Of a stretch of DNA of 64,000 nt, positions 36,722 through 47,218 are shown piece after piece. The DNA comes from an uncultured Candidatus Saccharibacteria bacterium (GTDB lineage: Bacteria; Patescibacteriota; UBA1384; CAILIB01; JAUSJZ01), in NCBI GenBank assembly GCA_964421635.1, contig CAYQWZ010000002.1, positions 65,749-129,748 of the forward strand. Reading direction: 5' to 3'. Made by a program: the position numbers and the translations under genes. A model generated the notes under the pieces. The model saw only the letters and a list, made by a program, of their open reading frames with translations. It was not told where the DNA came from and searched no databases. Position 1 is the first letter of the stretch. The number at the start of each line of letters is the position of its first letter.

Positions 36722-38542
36722 TTATTTACGAGCTCGGTAGCGTTCAGAAGCGTTTAAGATCTTTTTGCGTAAGCGAAGGCTAGCAGGAGTAATTTCGAGT
36801 AGTTCATCATCTTCAAGGAAATCTAGGCTTTGCTCTAGACTCAATTGAGTATGGGGAGTTAGGATAGTTGAGATATCAGCTGCTGCAGCTCGCATATTGG
36901 TAAGCTGTTTCTCTTTGCAAACATTTATTTCAATATCTTCTTCTCTTGAGTGTAATCCTACTATCATGCCTTCATACACTTCTGTCTGTGGAGGAATAAG
37001 AGTTGAACCTCTGTTTTGAGCGTTGTCAAGACCATATATAGTAGATTTGCCTTTTTGCTGAGCTACTAAAACTCCGTTTCTTAATTTTGCTATATTGCTA
37101 CTTTTTGGCTCATTTCGTACAAAAAGAGTATTAATGATTGCTGTTCCACGAGAAATTGTTAATAAAGGATTACGAATACCAAGTAAACCTCTAGTTGGAA
37201 TCTCAAACATAAGTTTAGTGGTTTTGTCGTTATTGTCATATTGACCAAGCAAAATTCCACGGCGTCGGCTGACTTCACCAATGATTCCACTGGCAAATTC
37301 AGTAGCCAAATCAATTGTCAGCTCTTCAATAGGCTCGTATTCCACGCCATCAATATCTTTAGTGATTACTCGGGGCTTGCCGACCTGAAGTTCGAATCCT
37401 TCTCTACGAAGAGTTTCTAAAAAGACAGACAAGTGTAGCTCTCCGCGACCTGACAAAATATATTCTCCTGTGTTTGTTTTATCTAAACGCATTGAAACAT
37501 TAGTTTCTAGTTCTTTTTCAATTCTCTCTAACAGATGGCGAGCGGTAATATATTTGCCTTCGCGGCCAGCCATTGGAGATGTGTTCGTGTAAACAGAAAT
37601 AGACAAAGTTGGCTCTTCAATAGCGATTGCAGGTAATGCTTCAGGATTAGTAATGTCAGTAATAGTTTGGCCTATTTCTACATCAGAAATTCCAGTGATG
37701 CCGACAATATCTCCAGCTTGAGCTTCTTTAACCTCTGCCCGTTTTAAGCCGTGGCTGACGAACACTTTTTCAATTTTGCATTTCTCTTTTATACCATCTT
37801 CATTGACTAGAGCGACCGAAAGACCAGCTTTGGCTACACCGCGTCGAATTTTACCAATGGCATATTTCCCTTGATAAGAATCAAAATCTAGACTAGATAC
37901 CAGCATTTGAAATGGTTTATCAGGCTCCGCGTGCGGCGCTGGCACATTCTCTAATAGAACATCTAAAACAGGAACAAAATCGCTAGGTGCAGTTGAATCT
38001 TCTGGCATTTCAGTCCAGCTCTTTCCTTCGCGGGCAATGGCGTATAAAACAGGGAAGTCTAGCTGCGATTCATTGGTAGCTAATTCTAAAAATAGATCGT
38101 AAGTTCTTTGTAAGGTTTTTTCGATATCTGCATTTGGCTTATCAATCTTATTAATAATAACAATTGGTCTTAATCCTAAATCAAGCGCTTTCTTTAGTAC
38201 GAAAGTAGTCTGGGGCATTGGGCCTTCGTGCGCATCAATTAATAAAACGGCGCCATCAGCCATAGATAGAGTTCTCTCAACTTCACCTCCAAAGTCAGCG
38301 TGACCTGGAGTATCGATTATATTGATTCGAGTGTCTTTATAGGTAACAGCAGTATTTTTAGCCAAAATTGTGATACCACGCTCTTTTTCTTGATCATTAC
38401 TATCCATAATTAAGGATTGCGAAAAAGCCGCCTCATTTTCGCGGAAGGTGTGGGTTTGCTTTAATAGTCCGTCAACCAAAGTTGTTTTGCCGTGGTCAAC
38501 ATGAGCAATAATAGCTACATTTCTTATATTTGTATTTGGCAC
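36722..38542 (-). CDS. typA: Translational GTPase TypA/BipA
   Basis: IRNVAIIAHVDHGKTTLVD, ERGITILAKN, GRGELHL, KQLTNMRA, LRLRK. Confidence 0.98.
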   Translation of the reverse strand: MPNTNIRNVAIIAHVDHGKTTLVDGLLKQTHTFRENEAAFSQSLIMDSNDQEKERGITILAKNTAVTYKDTRINIIDTPGHADFGGEVERTLSMADGAVLLIDAHEGPMPQTTFVLKKALDLGLRPIVIINKIDKPNADIEKTLQRTYDLFLELATNESQLDFPVLYAIAREGKSWTEMPEDSTAPSDFVPVLDVLLENVPAPHAEPDKPFQMLVSSLDFDSYQGKYAIGKIRRGVAKAGLSVALVNEDGIKEKCKIEKVFVSHGLKRAEVKEAQAGDIVGITGISDVEIGQTITDITNPEALPAIAIEEPTLSISVYTNTSPMAGREGKYITARHLLERIEKELETNVSMRLDKTNTGEYILSGRGELHLSVFLETLRREGFELQVGKPRVITKDIDGVEYEPIEELTIDLATEFASGIIGEVSRRRGILLGQYDNNDKTTKLMFEIPTRGLLGIRNPLLTISRGTAIINTLFVRNEPKSSNIAKLRNGVLVAQQKGKSTIYGLDNAQNRGSTLIPPQTEVYEGMIVGLHSREEDIEINVCKEKQLTNMRAAAADISTILTPHTQLSLEQSLDFLEDDELLEITPASLRLRKKILNASERYRARK

Positions 38543-38589
38543 AACCTGAATAGATTACACTTTTTAGGCGTACTTGTCAATGTGTGGGC

Positions 38590-39933
38590 TTAACCGCGAA
38601 CAATAGCTAAGAGTTCTTCCGTTTTAGCTTTTTCTAAGTCTTTATTGCGAGCTTCGACATTTAAGCGAATTAAGGGTTCAGTATTACTCATACGCACATT
38701 GAAGCGCCAATCTTTGTATTCAACTGATAATCCATCAATTTCATTCTGCTCGCCATCTCTGTATTTATCTTTCAACTCCTTAATGATTTCGGCGCCGTTG
38801 TCGACTTCAGAGTTAATTTCGCTCGAAACGAAGTATTTCTTTTTATAAGGATTAACAATTTCAGACATCTTCTTTTTACCAACTGATAGCTGTTCCAAAA
38901 TTAGTAAAGCGGGAATCATTCCGTTGTCACAGAAGAAATTATCTTTAAAATAGTAGTGTGCACTCATCTCGCCCCCAAAAATGGCATTTTCAGCTCGCAT
39001 ACGATCTTTAATAAAAGTGTGACCGGCCTTGTTGACAATTGGAATTCCACCCGCCGCTTTGACCGTATCAATAGTAGCCCAGGTCAGCCTAGGGTCGTGA
39101 ATTATTTTTCCGCCCCCAGATTTTTTCAACATCATTTCAGCCAAAATGGCGGTAGTATAGTATCCTTCTATAAAATTACCGTTCTCGTCATAGAAGAAAC
39201 AGCGGTCAGCATCGGCGTCCCAAGAAATGCCCAAATCAGCGCCCGATGAAATAATTAAATCGATGGTTTCTTGCCGGTTCTCTAAAATTAACGGGTCAGG
39301 GCGGCCTTTAGGAAAAGTGCCATCTGGCTTATCGTTTAGAGGAATAATTTCAATTGGAGTATTTTCGAGCGTTTTAACAATGACCTGCCCAGCTAAACCA
39401 AAATTTCCATTAGCCACCACTTTTAGGGGCTTAAGCTTTTTGGCATCAATAAACGAAAGGATATGCTTAATGTATCCGTCTAATACATCTTGCTTGGTGA
39501 CTGATCCTTTTTTATCTTTGGTCTCAATTTCGTCGACTTCAGTTAATTCAGCGATATCGTTCAAGCCCGTATCAGACGAAATTGCGATTGCTTTTTCGCG
39601 CACAAATTTCATACCGTTATATTCTTTAGGATTATGAGAAGCGGTGACTGTAATTCCGCCATCTGTTTTGAGTGTAGCGACCGCGAAGTAAAGCATATCT
39701 GTAGAAATAATGCCGATATCAATTACATTGACTCCAGAACTGGTTAAGCCTTCAATTAAAGCTTTTTTCAAACTAGGCGAGGATGTTCTGACATCCGAGC
39801 CGACTACTACATTTTTGGGTGACAAAAAACGCGCGTAAGCGCGGCCAATAGCCTCTACGGTAACTTCGTTTATTTCGGTAGGATAAACACCTCTGACATC
39901 ATAGGCTTTAAAAATTGTTTTATTGATTTTCAT
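38590..39933 (-). CDS. manB: Phosphomannomutase/phosphoglucomutase
   Basis: FKAYDVRG, TASHNP, DADADR, GEMSAH, RMSNTEP. Confidence 0.93.
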   Translation of the reverse strand: MKINKTIFKAYDVRGVYPTEINEVTVEAIGRAYARFLSPKNVVVGSDVRTSSPSLKKALIEGLTSSGVNVIDIGIISTDMLYFAVATLKTDGGITVTASHNPKEYNGMKFVREKAIAISSDTGLNDIAELTEVDEIETKDKKGSVTKQDVLDGYIKHILSFIDAKKLKPLKVVANGNFGLAGQVIVKTLENTPIEIIPLNDKPDGTFPKGRPDPLILENRQETIDLIISSGADLGISWDADADRCFFYDENGNFIEGYYTTAILAEMMLKKSGGGKIIHDPRLTWATIDTVKAAGGIPIVNKAGHTFIKDRMRAENAIFGGEMSAHYYFKDNFFCDNGMIPALLILEQLSVGKKKMSEIVNPYKKKYFVSSEINSEVDNGAEIIKELKDKYRDGEQNEIDGLSVEYKDWRFNVRMSNTEPLIRLNVEARNKDLEKAKTEELLAIVRG

Positions 39934-41135
39934 AAGTATAAATGTTTGCCCTGTTCCTTTAATTGTTCTATTAGCAGCTTAACATCTTGAGCTGAATCTT
40001 GATGAGCGACTAGTAATGCATCGTCTGTTTCTATAATAACAATATCCTTCAGGCCGCAGGTAGCAATAAGCTTGTTATTACCAAAAACAAGGCAGCCGGA
40101 GTCATTAATTCCTACATGATTGCCCTTAACCACCATATCGTGACCGTGTTTTTGCGATAGTACCTGATGTACAGTATCCCAAGCACCGATATCACTCCAA
40201 CCTAGGTCGGCTGGAATTACCAAAATTGCATCTTCTTTCTCTGTAATTAATCGTTCAATATCTTTCTTTTCAAGTTTTGAAAATTGTTCCTTCAAAACTT
40301 CTTTTTCATTAGGGCTACCAATAGAATCCATTATAGTCATCAAAATTTGATGAAACTGAGGCTGGTGTTTGGCAAATAAGTTTATCATGTGGTCAGATTT
40401 GAAAATTTTGAATCCTGTATTCCATAAATACTTCCAGTCAGACACATAAGCTTTAGCTGTTTCTAAATCTGGCTTTTCTACAAATTGGTCAACTTTGAAA
40501 ACTGGCTCAGCCGTACCATTAATATTTTGAGAGCCAACTTTTATATAGCCAAATTCTGTGGCTGGACGATTAGGTTTAACTCCAATGCTGACTAAATGAT
40601 CTTGATAGGTGTCGACCGCGTCGTAAGCTGCCTTTAGCACAGAGCAAAACTTTTCTGGTTTTTGTACCAGATGATCTGACCACAATATGGCGATAGATGA
40701 ATTCGGATGTTTTTTAGCAATAATAACTGAAGCTACGGCAATAGCTGGTCCATTGTCTCTTGCTTCTGGTTCAATAATGAAGTTCTCTTGTGGGTGATTT
40801 GGTAGCTGTTTTTGAGCGATCTCCGTTTTTGCTGCATCGGCCATTATGTAGATGTCTGAGCTAGGAATTAACCGCTCAACTATCTGTACAGTTTTTTGTA
40901 GTAGAGATTCATCATCTAAAATTTTCAAAAACTGTTTAGGCATCTGTTTACGACTTAGTGGCCATAAACGGGTGCCAGTGCCGCCAGCCATAATTACCAC
41001 AATTCTTTTAGTTTGATTCAGACAATTATTAGGACTCTCAAATTCTTTATGAAAAGGATTTTCTTCATCAATAACAGGATGATTTTCAGGCGGAATGTTC
41101 TCCCAATTTGAATTTGAAAAATTATCTGTTTGCAT
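39930..41135 (-). CDS. manC: Mannose-1-phosphate guanylyltransferase
   Basis: MAGGTGTRLWPLSR..PKQFL, EPEARDN, FVEKP, WSDIGAW; start uncertain, ATG 41135 preferred. Confidence 0.92.
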   Translation of the reverse strand: MQTDNFSNSNWENIPPENHPVIDEENPFHKEFESPNNCLNQTKRIVVIMAGGTGTRLWPLSRKQMPKQFLKILDDESLLQKTVQIVERLIPSSDIYIMADAAKTEIAQKQLPNHPQENFIIEPEARDNGPAIAVASVIIAKKHPNSSIAILWSDHLVQKPEKFCSVLKAAYDAVDTYQDHLVSIGVKPNRPATEFGYIKVGSQNINGTAEPVFKVDQFVEKPDLETAKAYVSDWKYLWNTGFKIFKSDHMINLFAKHQPQFHQILMTIMDSIGSPNEKEVLKEQFSKLEKKDIERLITEKEDAILVIPADLGWSDIGAWDTVHQVLSQKHGHDMVVKGNHVGINDSGCLVFGNNKLIATCGLKDIVIIETDDALLVAHQDSAQDVKLLIEQLKEQGKHLYL

Positions 41136-41204
41136 AATGCTAATTTGAAACTTTAGTGTAGCAAAGTGGCTTTTCGAATACAATTCAGATTAATATTATA
41201 GTTC

Positions 41205-42341
41205 CTAACTGTTTATTTTCCAGTGAGTTTGCCAAATAAGTTTCAATAAATTTGCGTGATCTGTTTCTAGCTTCCACTTAATTTTAGGAGAGATATTTGC
41301 GTCACTCCTAACGGCTTTTATAGATTCGCTAAGGCCTATTACAATCATGTCAGGATTCCATGCTTTCATTTTAAAAGGTCCAGCAGTCCGCTTTGTATTG
41401 GCCCACCACCACCAGCAGCTTGAAATAGAGTTATCAAAGTGAATTCTGACCCATTCGTTAGAGTCTAATCCTTTACTTTTATGTAGCTCTTGGTGTACTT
41501 TCCGATAATACTTCCACATTACTTTATGAATATTATTATTTTTATCTTGCCAAAGTGGAAAAGCAATTTGGCGCTGTAAATCTTTAGCACTTGTTTCCCA
41601 AGTACCAGAACGAGTGATAACACTATCTTCAGCTTCGTCTGCTAAATCACTAAGCGATATTAATTCGGAGCCATGTTTGGCTAAGACTTTTTCTAACAAT
41701 ACAATTGAACGAGTATCAAAATGCCCAAAAGCTTCTCCGTCGAGCGCTACGATAGCAGGACTTTCAAGACTTGAGTAATTTTTTTCGAAGGATTCTAGAG
41801 AAGTTGGTAAAGCCTGAGATAGATCTCTTTTACGAAATAGATATTTAGTTTTAATACCGCGTTTTTTTCCAGCAGCAATGTAGTTTTGTCTAATTAAACT
41901 AATCTCATCTAAAAGTACCCATTGATGACGGGCTTTCTTTATGGGGCCATCAAGAGCGTTAGAATAGGCGCACTCGGGCAGATACAATCCATCAGGATTA
42001 AAGTCTTGGTTGATAATATTTCTGACCACTTCTTTATTCCTTTCCAACTGATGATTGATTTCTTCTTCGGGCCATAATGGTAATAGGGCGTGTGAATAAG
42101 CAGAGTTAGTCAGTGTAATGTTTGGCAAATGAAAAAGAGTGCGCAGTTTGTCAATTACGGGCCAGCGGTCATTGTTGACTAACTGCTCCAGTAGAGTTGA
42201 TGTGACATTAAGAGTAATGGGAACTTGAGAGCGAATTAAAACATCAAGCAGTGGCTCATAACTTTCACGAGTTACTAAGTCTATAATATCTAGTCGTTGA
42301 TTAGGCGGCTGGTAAATATGAAAGAGTAAACCCCATTTCAT
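41205..42341 (-). CDS. Glycoside hydrolase family 57 protein
   Basis: HIYQPP, HALLPL, LYLPECAY, ALDGEAFGH, SSCWWWW. Confidence 0.88.
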   Translation of the reverse strand: MKWGLLFHIYQPPNQRLDIIDLVTRESYEPLLDVLIRSQVPITLNVTSTLLEQLVNNDRWPVIDKLRTLFHLPNITLTNSAYSHALLPLWPEEEINHQLERNKEVVRNIINQDFNPDGLYLPECAYSNALDGPIKKARHQWVLLDEISLIRQNYIAAGKKRGIKTKYLFRKRDLSQALPTSLESFEKNYSSLESPAIVALDGEAFGHFDTRSIVLLEKVLAKHGSELISLSDLADEAEDSVITRSGTWETSAKDLQRQIAFPLWQDKNNNIHKVMWKYYRKVHQELHKSKGLDSNEWVRIHFDNSISSCWWWWANTKRTAGPFKMKAWNPDMIVIGLSESIKAVRSDANISPKIKWKLETDHANLLKLIWQTHWKINS

Positions 42342-43852
42342 TTGTTTATTTTAGTGGCTAATTTCTTGTCTATTTTAAACTTTACTACTGGATATTTTCG
42401 GTGTTTAGCTAGGGCAAAGCGATAAAGCTTGACATATTGCTCGGCAGGCAATTCCCAAGAGTAAGACTGTTTCATTGATGAGCGCATTAATTTATCCCAG
42501 CGGTCACGATATTTAAATGTTTCCAGTGCGCGAGTAATGGCGCTTAACATATCCATTGGAGTATAATTTTTAAAAGTGAAACCGTTTCCTGTTTTTTTAG
42601 TAGGATTATAATCTTTAATAGTTTCGGCCAATCCACCTACTTCGTGTACTACAGGAATGGTGCCGAATCTAAGAGCAATCATTTGACCAAGTCCACAAGG
42701 CTCAAAACGAGATGGCATCAAAAAAATATCTGAGCCGGCGTAAATCCAACTAGCAATTTCTTCAGAAAATTGTAAATGAATGCCGATCTTTTTAGGATAT
42801 TTCTTGTGATATTTAGTTATTAACTTTTCGTATTCTTCTTGGCCAGACCCTACAATGACTAGCTGTAGGTGCATTGTCATTAATTGATTAATGATTTTGA
42901 ATAGCAGTTCAAAACCTTTTTGTTCAGTGATGCGTGTAGCCATGCCAATTATGGGCACATTATCATCTATGTCGAGACCAAGTTTTTTCTGTAAGAAAGA
43001 TTTATTACGTCGTTTTATATGTAAATCTGACAGATGATAATTATGTTTAATATATTTATCGTGACGCGGGTCAAAATTACTGTAATCAATGCCATTCAAA
43101 ATACCAAATAATCTTTTTCGTCGCTTGTATAAATGTTCCTCTAAGCCGTTGCCAAAATCTTCTGTCTGAATTTCTTGAGCGTATTGGTGAGACACAGTTG
43201 AAATTGAATCAGCATATAAAATTCCCCGTAGTAAAAAGTTTAATTTTTTTATACTTCTCCTATCTTCTTTTGGTATTCCTGAACCTTTGTCTGCTTTGTA
43301 CATTTTTGTTGTATGAATAGCTTGCTGGAATAAAATATTATGAATTGTAACGACTGTGGCGGTTTCGTGAAAATAGGCTCGGTTCTCATCGCGTTGCAGT
43401 AAATTTGGAATTAACCCTACATGCCAGTCATGACAATGAATTATATTTGGTTTTATTTTTAGCACCTGAACAGCTTTCAATATGGCTTTATTGAAAAAGT
43501 AGTAACGGAAGTTTCCGTCTTTAGGGTAGCCATATAAGTTATGTCGACTTTTAAACAGGTCGTAGTTGTCAATTAAAAATACGGGCACATTGCTAGCTAA
43601 TTTTCCCTGCCAGATATTGAAGAAGAATCTTTTGCCACCAATTTCTAAAGGAATTAGTCTTTTGATAATTTTGAGCTTATTGGTTTTAACATCTACTTTC
43701 ATATGCAAAGGAGTGAAAACAAAAAGTTCGTGACCCTGCTCTTTAATAGCTGGAGGCAAAGCGCCAGCCACATCTCCTAAACCACCAGTCTTTGAGAAAG
43801 GATTAATTTCGGCCGAAGCAAATACAATGTTGAGGGGTTTTCTTTTAGGCAT
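42338..43852 (-). CDS. glgA: Glycogen synthase (GT5)
   Basis: KTGGLGDV, HCHDWH, GILNGID, PSRFEPCGL.Q. Confidence 0.96.
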   Translation of the reverse strand: MPKRKPLNIVFASAEINPFSKTGGLGDVAGALPPAIKEQGHELFVFTPLHMKVDVKTNKLKIIKRLIPLEIGGKRFFFNIWQGKLASNVPVFLIDNYDLFKSRHNLYGYPKDGNFRYYFFNKAILKAVQVLKIKPNIIHCHDWHVGLIPNLLQRDENRAYFHETATVVTIHNILFQQAIHTTKMYKADKGSGIPKEDRRSIKKLNFLLRGILYADSISTVSHQYAQEIQTEDFGNGLEEHLYKRRKRLFGILNGIDYSNFDPRHDKYIKHNYHLSDLHIKRRNKSFLQKKLGLDIDDNVPIIGMATRITEQKGFELLFKIINQLMTMHLQLVIVGSGQEEYEKLITKYHKKYPKKIGIHLQFSEEIASWIYAGSDIFLMPSRFEPCGLGQMIALRFGTIPVVHEVGGLAETIKDYNPTKKTGNGFTFKNYTPMDMLSAITRALETFKYRDRWDKLMRSSMKQSYSWELPAEQYVKLYRFALAKHRKYPVVKFKIDKKLATKINK

Positions 43853-44828
43853 TTTTTCTTAAATAAGCGGCTGCTTTTTCTGGGCTAACTACATCTATTA
43901 CTACTCCTGACCCTAATTCGTAGCCTCCGTAGCGAGATACTCGGGGAGCAATTTCAATATGCCAGCTATAATGTTTAGTATCTTCATAAGTGGTAGGAAG
44001 GCAGTGAATCCAGAAATTTATAGAAGGATTTTTTAGGGTTTCATTTATCATACCTAATACTTTTCGCATAATGTTGCATAGACTTTTTCTAGTTGTCTTA
44101 TTAATATTTTCAAAATGTCCTGAATGAATTTTAGGCATTACCCAAGTTTCAAATGGAAAACGAGCAGCGTAAAAAGTAAAAGCTAAAAAATGTTCATTCT
44201 CTGCAATAACTCGCACTTTCTCTTGTATTTCGTGTTGTAATATATCTTTGTAAACGCTAACGCCATTATTGTTGAAGTAGCGCTGAGCGCCATCTAATTC
44301 TTTCTGAATGTAATTTGGCACTATTGGTGAGGCAAAAATTTGAGCGTGCGGATGTTCAATAGAGGCGCCCGCTTTTGGTCCGTGATTATAAATGCACATA
44401 ACATATTCTACTTGAGGGTTTTTGCTGTGATGAATATGACGGCTTTGAAAAGTAGTAATTAAATCGTCCCAAATTTTTGCATCAAAAGAGAACAAACCAA
44501 CATTAGGGTCTTTGATTACTACCACATCATGATCACCAACAGATGACTTTGCTCTATAAAAACCTTTTTCTGGGTAAAAAGAACGAGTTTCACACAGCTT
44601 TTCATCACAAACGAAAGCCGGGTACAAGTTAGAGATAATATAGGTAGTTTTAGTGTCAAATTCAGTGAATCTTTTTTTCCACGCTTTTCCGCCTACCATA
44701 AAAGGAGAATTCTCGATTCTTTGCTTAACTTTTGTATGAGATTCAATAAAATCACTTGGTCTCTTTGCTCTCTCAGGAGCAATAACTACCCACTCCCCAG
44801 TGATAATATTCTGTCTTAGTTGTGGCAT
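43845..44828 (-). CDS. galT: GalT-family nucleotidyltransferase (HIT superfamily)
   Basis: WVVIAPERAKRP, NHGPKAGASIEHPHAQI (HPH motif), WHIEIAPR. Confidence 0.9.
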   Translation of the reverse strand: MPQLRQNIITGEWVVIAPERAKRPSDFIESHTKVKQRIENSPFMVGGKAWKKRFTEFDTKTTYIISNLYPAFVCDEKLCETRSFYPEKGFYRAKSSVGDHDVVVIKDPNVGLFSFDAKIWDDLITTFQSRHIHHSKNPQVEYVMCIYNHGPKAGASIEHPHAQIFASPIVPNYIQKELDGAQRYFNNNGVSVYKDILQHEIQEKVRVIAENEHFLAFTFYAARFPFETWVMPKIHSGHFENINKTTRKSLCNIMRKVLGMINETLKNPSINFWIHCLPTTYEDTKHYSWHIEIAPRVSRYGGYELGSGVVIDVVSPEKAAAYLRKNA

Positions 44829-44891
44829 CTTATATTATTTTACACTAATCTGGTTGCAATCTGTAATTATTTAGGTTAGAGTATATTCGTT

Positions 44892-45143
44892 ATGCCAGTT
44901 AAAAAACACGCAAAAAAAGCGTTAAAAGTAGATATCCGAAGAGCGGGTGAAAACGCATCTTCACGCAATTCAATGAAAGCTGCTATAAAAGCGGTTAATT
45001 CTGGTGAAGCCAAAGATCACAAAATTGCTTTGGTTAAAGCCCAGTCTTTAGTTGACAAAGCGGTGAAGAATCATGTTATTCACAAAAACAAAGCTGCCAG
45101 ATTAAACTCTCGTTTGGCAAAAGCTCAAAGCTCTCAAAAATAA
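44892..45143 (+). CDS. rpsT: 30S ribosomal protein S20
   Basis: MPVKKHAKK, DKAVKNHVIHKNKAARLNSRL. Confidence 0.95.
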   Translation: MPVKKHAKKALKVDIRRAGENASSRNSMKAAIKAVNSGEAKDHKIALVKAQSLVDKAVKNHVIHKNKAARLNSRLAKAQSSQK

Positions 45144-45189
45144 GACCTCAAGTTTAGCTAATTGTTCTTATCGCGTTATAATAGATGCA

Positions 45190-45723
45190 ATGAATAAATT
45201 AGCGTGGGCCCGGGGTCTTTTTGAGTTATCGAAGTGGTTTATACTGGCTCTTTTTATCCTTTTTTTAATTTATTCTTTTATAGTTTCCATCTTTATTGTT
45301 GATGGAGTAAGTATGGTCTCAACTCTCAATGATAACGATGTAGTGCTGGTTAATCGCGTTGTTTATAAATTCTCCGAGCCTAAGCGAGGGGACATTGTAG
45401 TTTTACGCTATCCGGGTGATCCAGAAAAGACTTATTATGTTAAAAGAATTATAGGATTACCAGGCGAAGAACTAAAAATTGATAGAGAGAAAGTGTTTAT
45501 TGATGGGGAAGAAATACGAGAAACTTATTTAGACAAAGATCAAACAACTACACCAAATAAAAAATGGTTAATAGCCGAAGATTCATACTTTACAGTTGGT
45601 GATAATAGAATAGCTTCTTCAGATTCGCGCAAGTGGGGCTTCGTAGAAAAGGAATTTATTTTAGGCAGAGTGTCGACTACGGTTTACCCGCGGTTTATTT
45701 CGTTCGCGGAAGTTCTATATTAA
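45190..45723 (+). CDS. lepB: Signal peptidase I
   Basis: GVSMVSTL (catalytic Ser), RGDIVV, VKRIIGLPG (Lys), GDNR..S.DSR. Confidence 0.95.
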   Translation: MNKLAWARGLFELSKWFILALFILFLIYSFIVSIFIVDGVSMVSTLNDNDVVLVNRVVYKFSEPKRGDIVVLRYPGDPEKTYYVKRIIGLPGEELKIDREKVFIDGEEIRETYLDKDQTTTPNKKWLIAEDSYFTVGDNRIASSDSRKWGFVEKEFILGRVSTTVYPRFISFAEVLY

Positions 45724-45728
45724 TAAGC

Positions 45729-47210
45729 TTAAGTGACAGGTAGCGCTGCTTGAGTAAGAGTGTGGCTAATTTCGGAAGTAATGTTTTCTAATCCATAAAT
45801 AAAAGCGTCAAGGGAGCTTGGGTCTTGTTCATTAAAATACCATTCGGGTACTAGTATAAACTGAGTGTTAAAACGAGATAACCATTGGTGAGTAGAGTTT
45901 AGCGTTATGGCATAAGGCAGATATTGAATAAACAGTTTAGCGTTATCTTGACCACCAGACATTGAATTAGAATGAGTAATATAATTTTTGAAGGATATCC
46001 ATTTTGCTCGTTCATTGCTGCCAATGTTAGTTAGCGGAGGTAATTGAGGAGTCAGAAGTAAAATTAGCCATCCTGCTAGAAAAATTCCTGAAGTGGCGGG
46101 AATTAATTGAATACCTTGAATCATTGTCGTGCCTACAAAAAGACTAATTATCAAACTAAAAGCAACAATAGATAAACCCCAGAAACGGTACTTATCTCTA
46201 AATTTGTAAGGATTAGTAGCGAAAAATCCTCGCTCTTCTAGTTCTTGAAACACGGCTTCATAGGCGTTAGTAATTTTTTTAGAGAAGAGCTGCTTTTTCA
46301 CTTCTTGCTCAATTACATCTTGACGCGATATTGGCCCAAGTTTTAATCGAAGTTCATCTACCAAGAATCGTTCAGTTTCACTTAAATTAATTAGCTCTTT
46401 CTTTTTGGCGATACGGTATCCTCTAATAGTTTGCACTAATTGAATATCTCCGCGCGCTGCCATAGCCACTAAGGTGGCGGCCAGCTGTTGATAACTCAAC
46501 CGGCCGTTAACCAAAAGTCCAACCGCGGCCGGTGATAATGTACCCGGCGGTTCACTAATTGAACCCACATCTACTTTCGATTTTAAGCTTCGGTTATAAG
46601 AAAACTTTAGCGATAAGAATGTAAAAAGAGGAATTAAAAATCCGGCCAGCCAGAAAACCCAACTTTTATAGGTTGTGCCTAAAGACAGCAGGCGAGCTCT
46701 GAGGCTAAGATTTAATTCATTACTAGGAAGCTGGGCGAAAATAGTAATGCGAGCGGTTGGTTCAATATTATTAGCGGCGAAAAATAGAGAGGTGTCACTT
46801 AACTTTTTAGGATTCTGTTTATCAGCACCATGAATGGCTAGCATATCGAAGCTGTTATCTTTGTCGGCTAAGGCAGTAGGTAAATTCAGAGTAACTGTAA
46901 TTTTAGGAATATATTCTCCTAGTTCATCTACTAAAATTAGTTTTACCTCGTCATATTGTTGGTGCCTAATTATAGTGTCACGAACACGCTTGTCGTTGAT
47001 ATAAATATCGCCGTTTGGCTGAACATCAATTTTTAAGTTTTTCTCTTGCGCCAAGCTTTGAGGAATGGCTTCTTGCACAATGGCTTTTGAATCAGCATGG
47101 GGTTGAATGCCACCGAAAGTGAGCCAATAAATTGAAAATATAATCAAAACAATCCCCATCAAACGGATTATTTTAGTATCTAAGCTAAATAATTTAGGCT
47201 TCCCCTCCAT
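45729..47210 (-). CDS. DUF2207-like membrane protein
   Basis: PPGTLSPAAVG.L, ATLVAMAARG, W.SFKNY, YLPYAITL, PEWY. Confidence 0.8.
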   Translation of the reverse strand: MEGKPKLFSLDTKIIRLMGIVLIIFSIYWLTFGGIQPHADSKAIVQEAIPQSLAQEKNLKIDVQPNGDIYINDKRVRDTIIRHQQYDEVKLILVDELGEYIPKITVTLNLPTALADKDNSFDMLAIHGADKQNPKKLSDTSLFFAANNIEPTARITIFAQLPSNELNLSLRARLLSLGTTYKSWVFWLAGFLIPLFTFLSLKFSYNRSLKSKVDVGSISEPPGTLSPAAVGLLVNGRLSYQQLAATLVAMAARGDIQLVQTIRGYRIAKKKELINLSETERFLVDELRLKLGPISRQDVIEQEVKKQLFSKKITNAYEAVFQELEERGFFATNPYKFRDKYRFWGLSIVAFSLIISLFVGTTMIQGIQLIPATSGIFLAGWLILLLTPQLPPLTNIGSNERAKWISFKNYITHSNSMSGGQDNAKLFIQYLPYAITLNSTHQWLSRFNTQFILVPEWYFNEQDPSSLDAFIYGLENITSEISHTLTQAALPVT

Positions 47211-47218
47211 ATTGTTTT

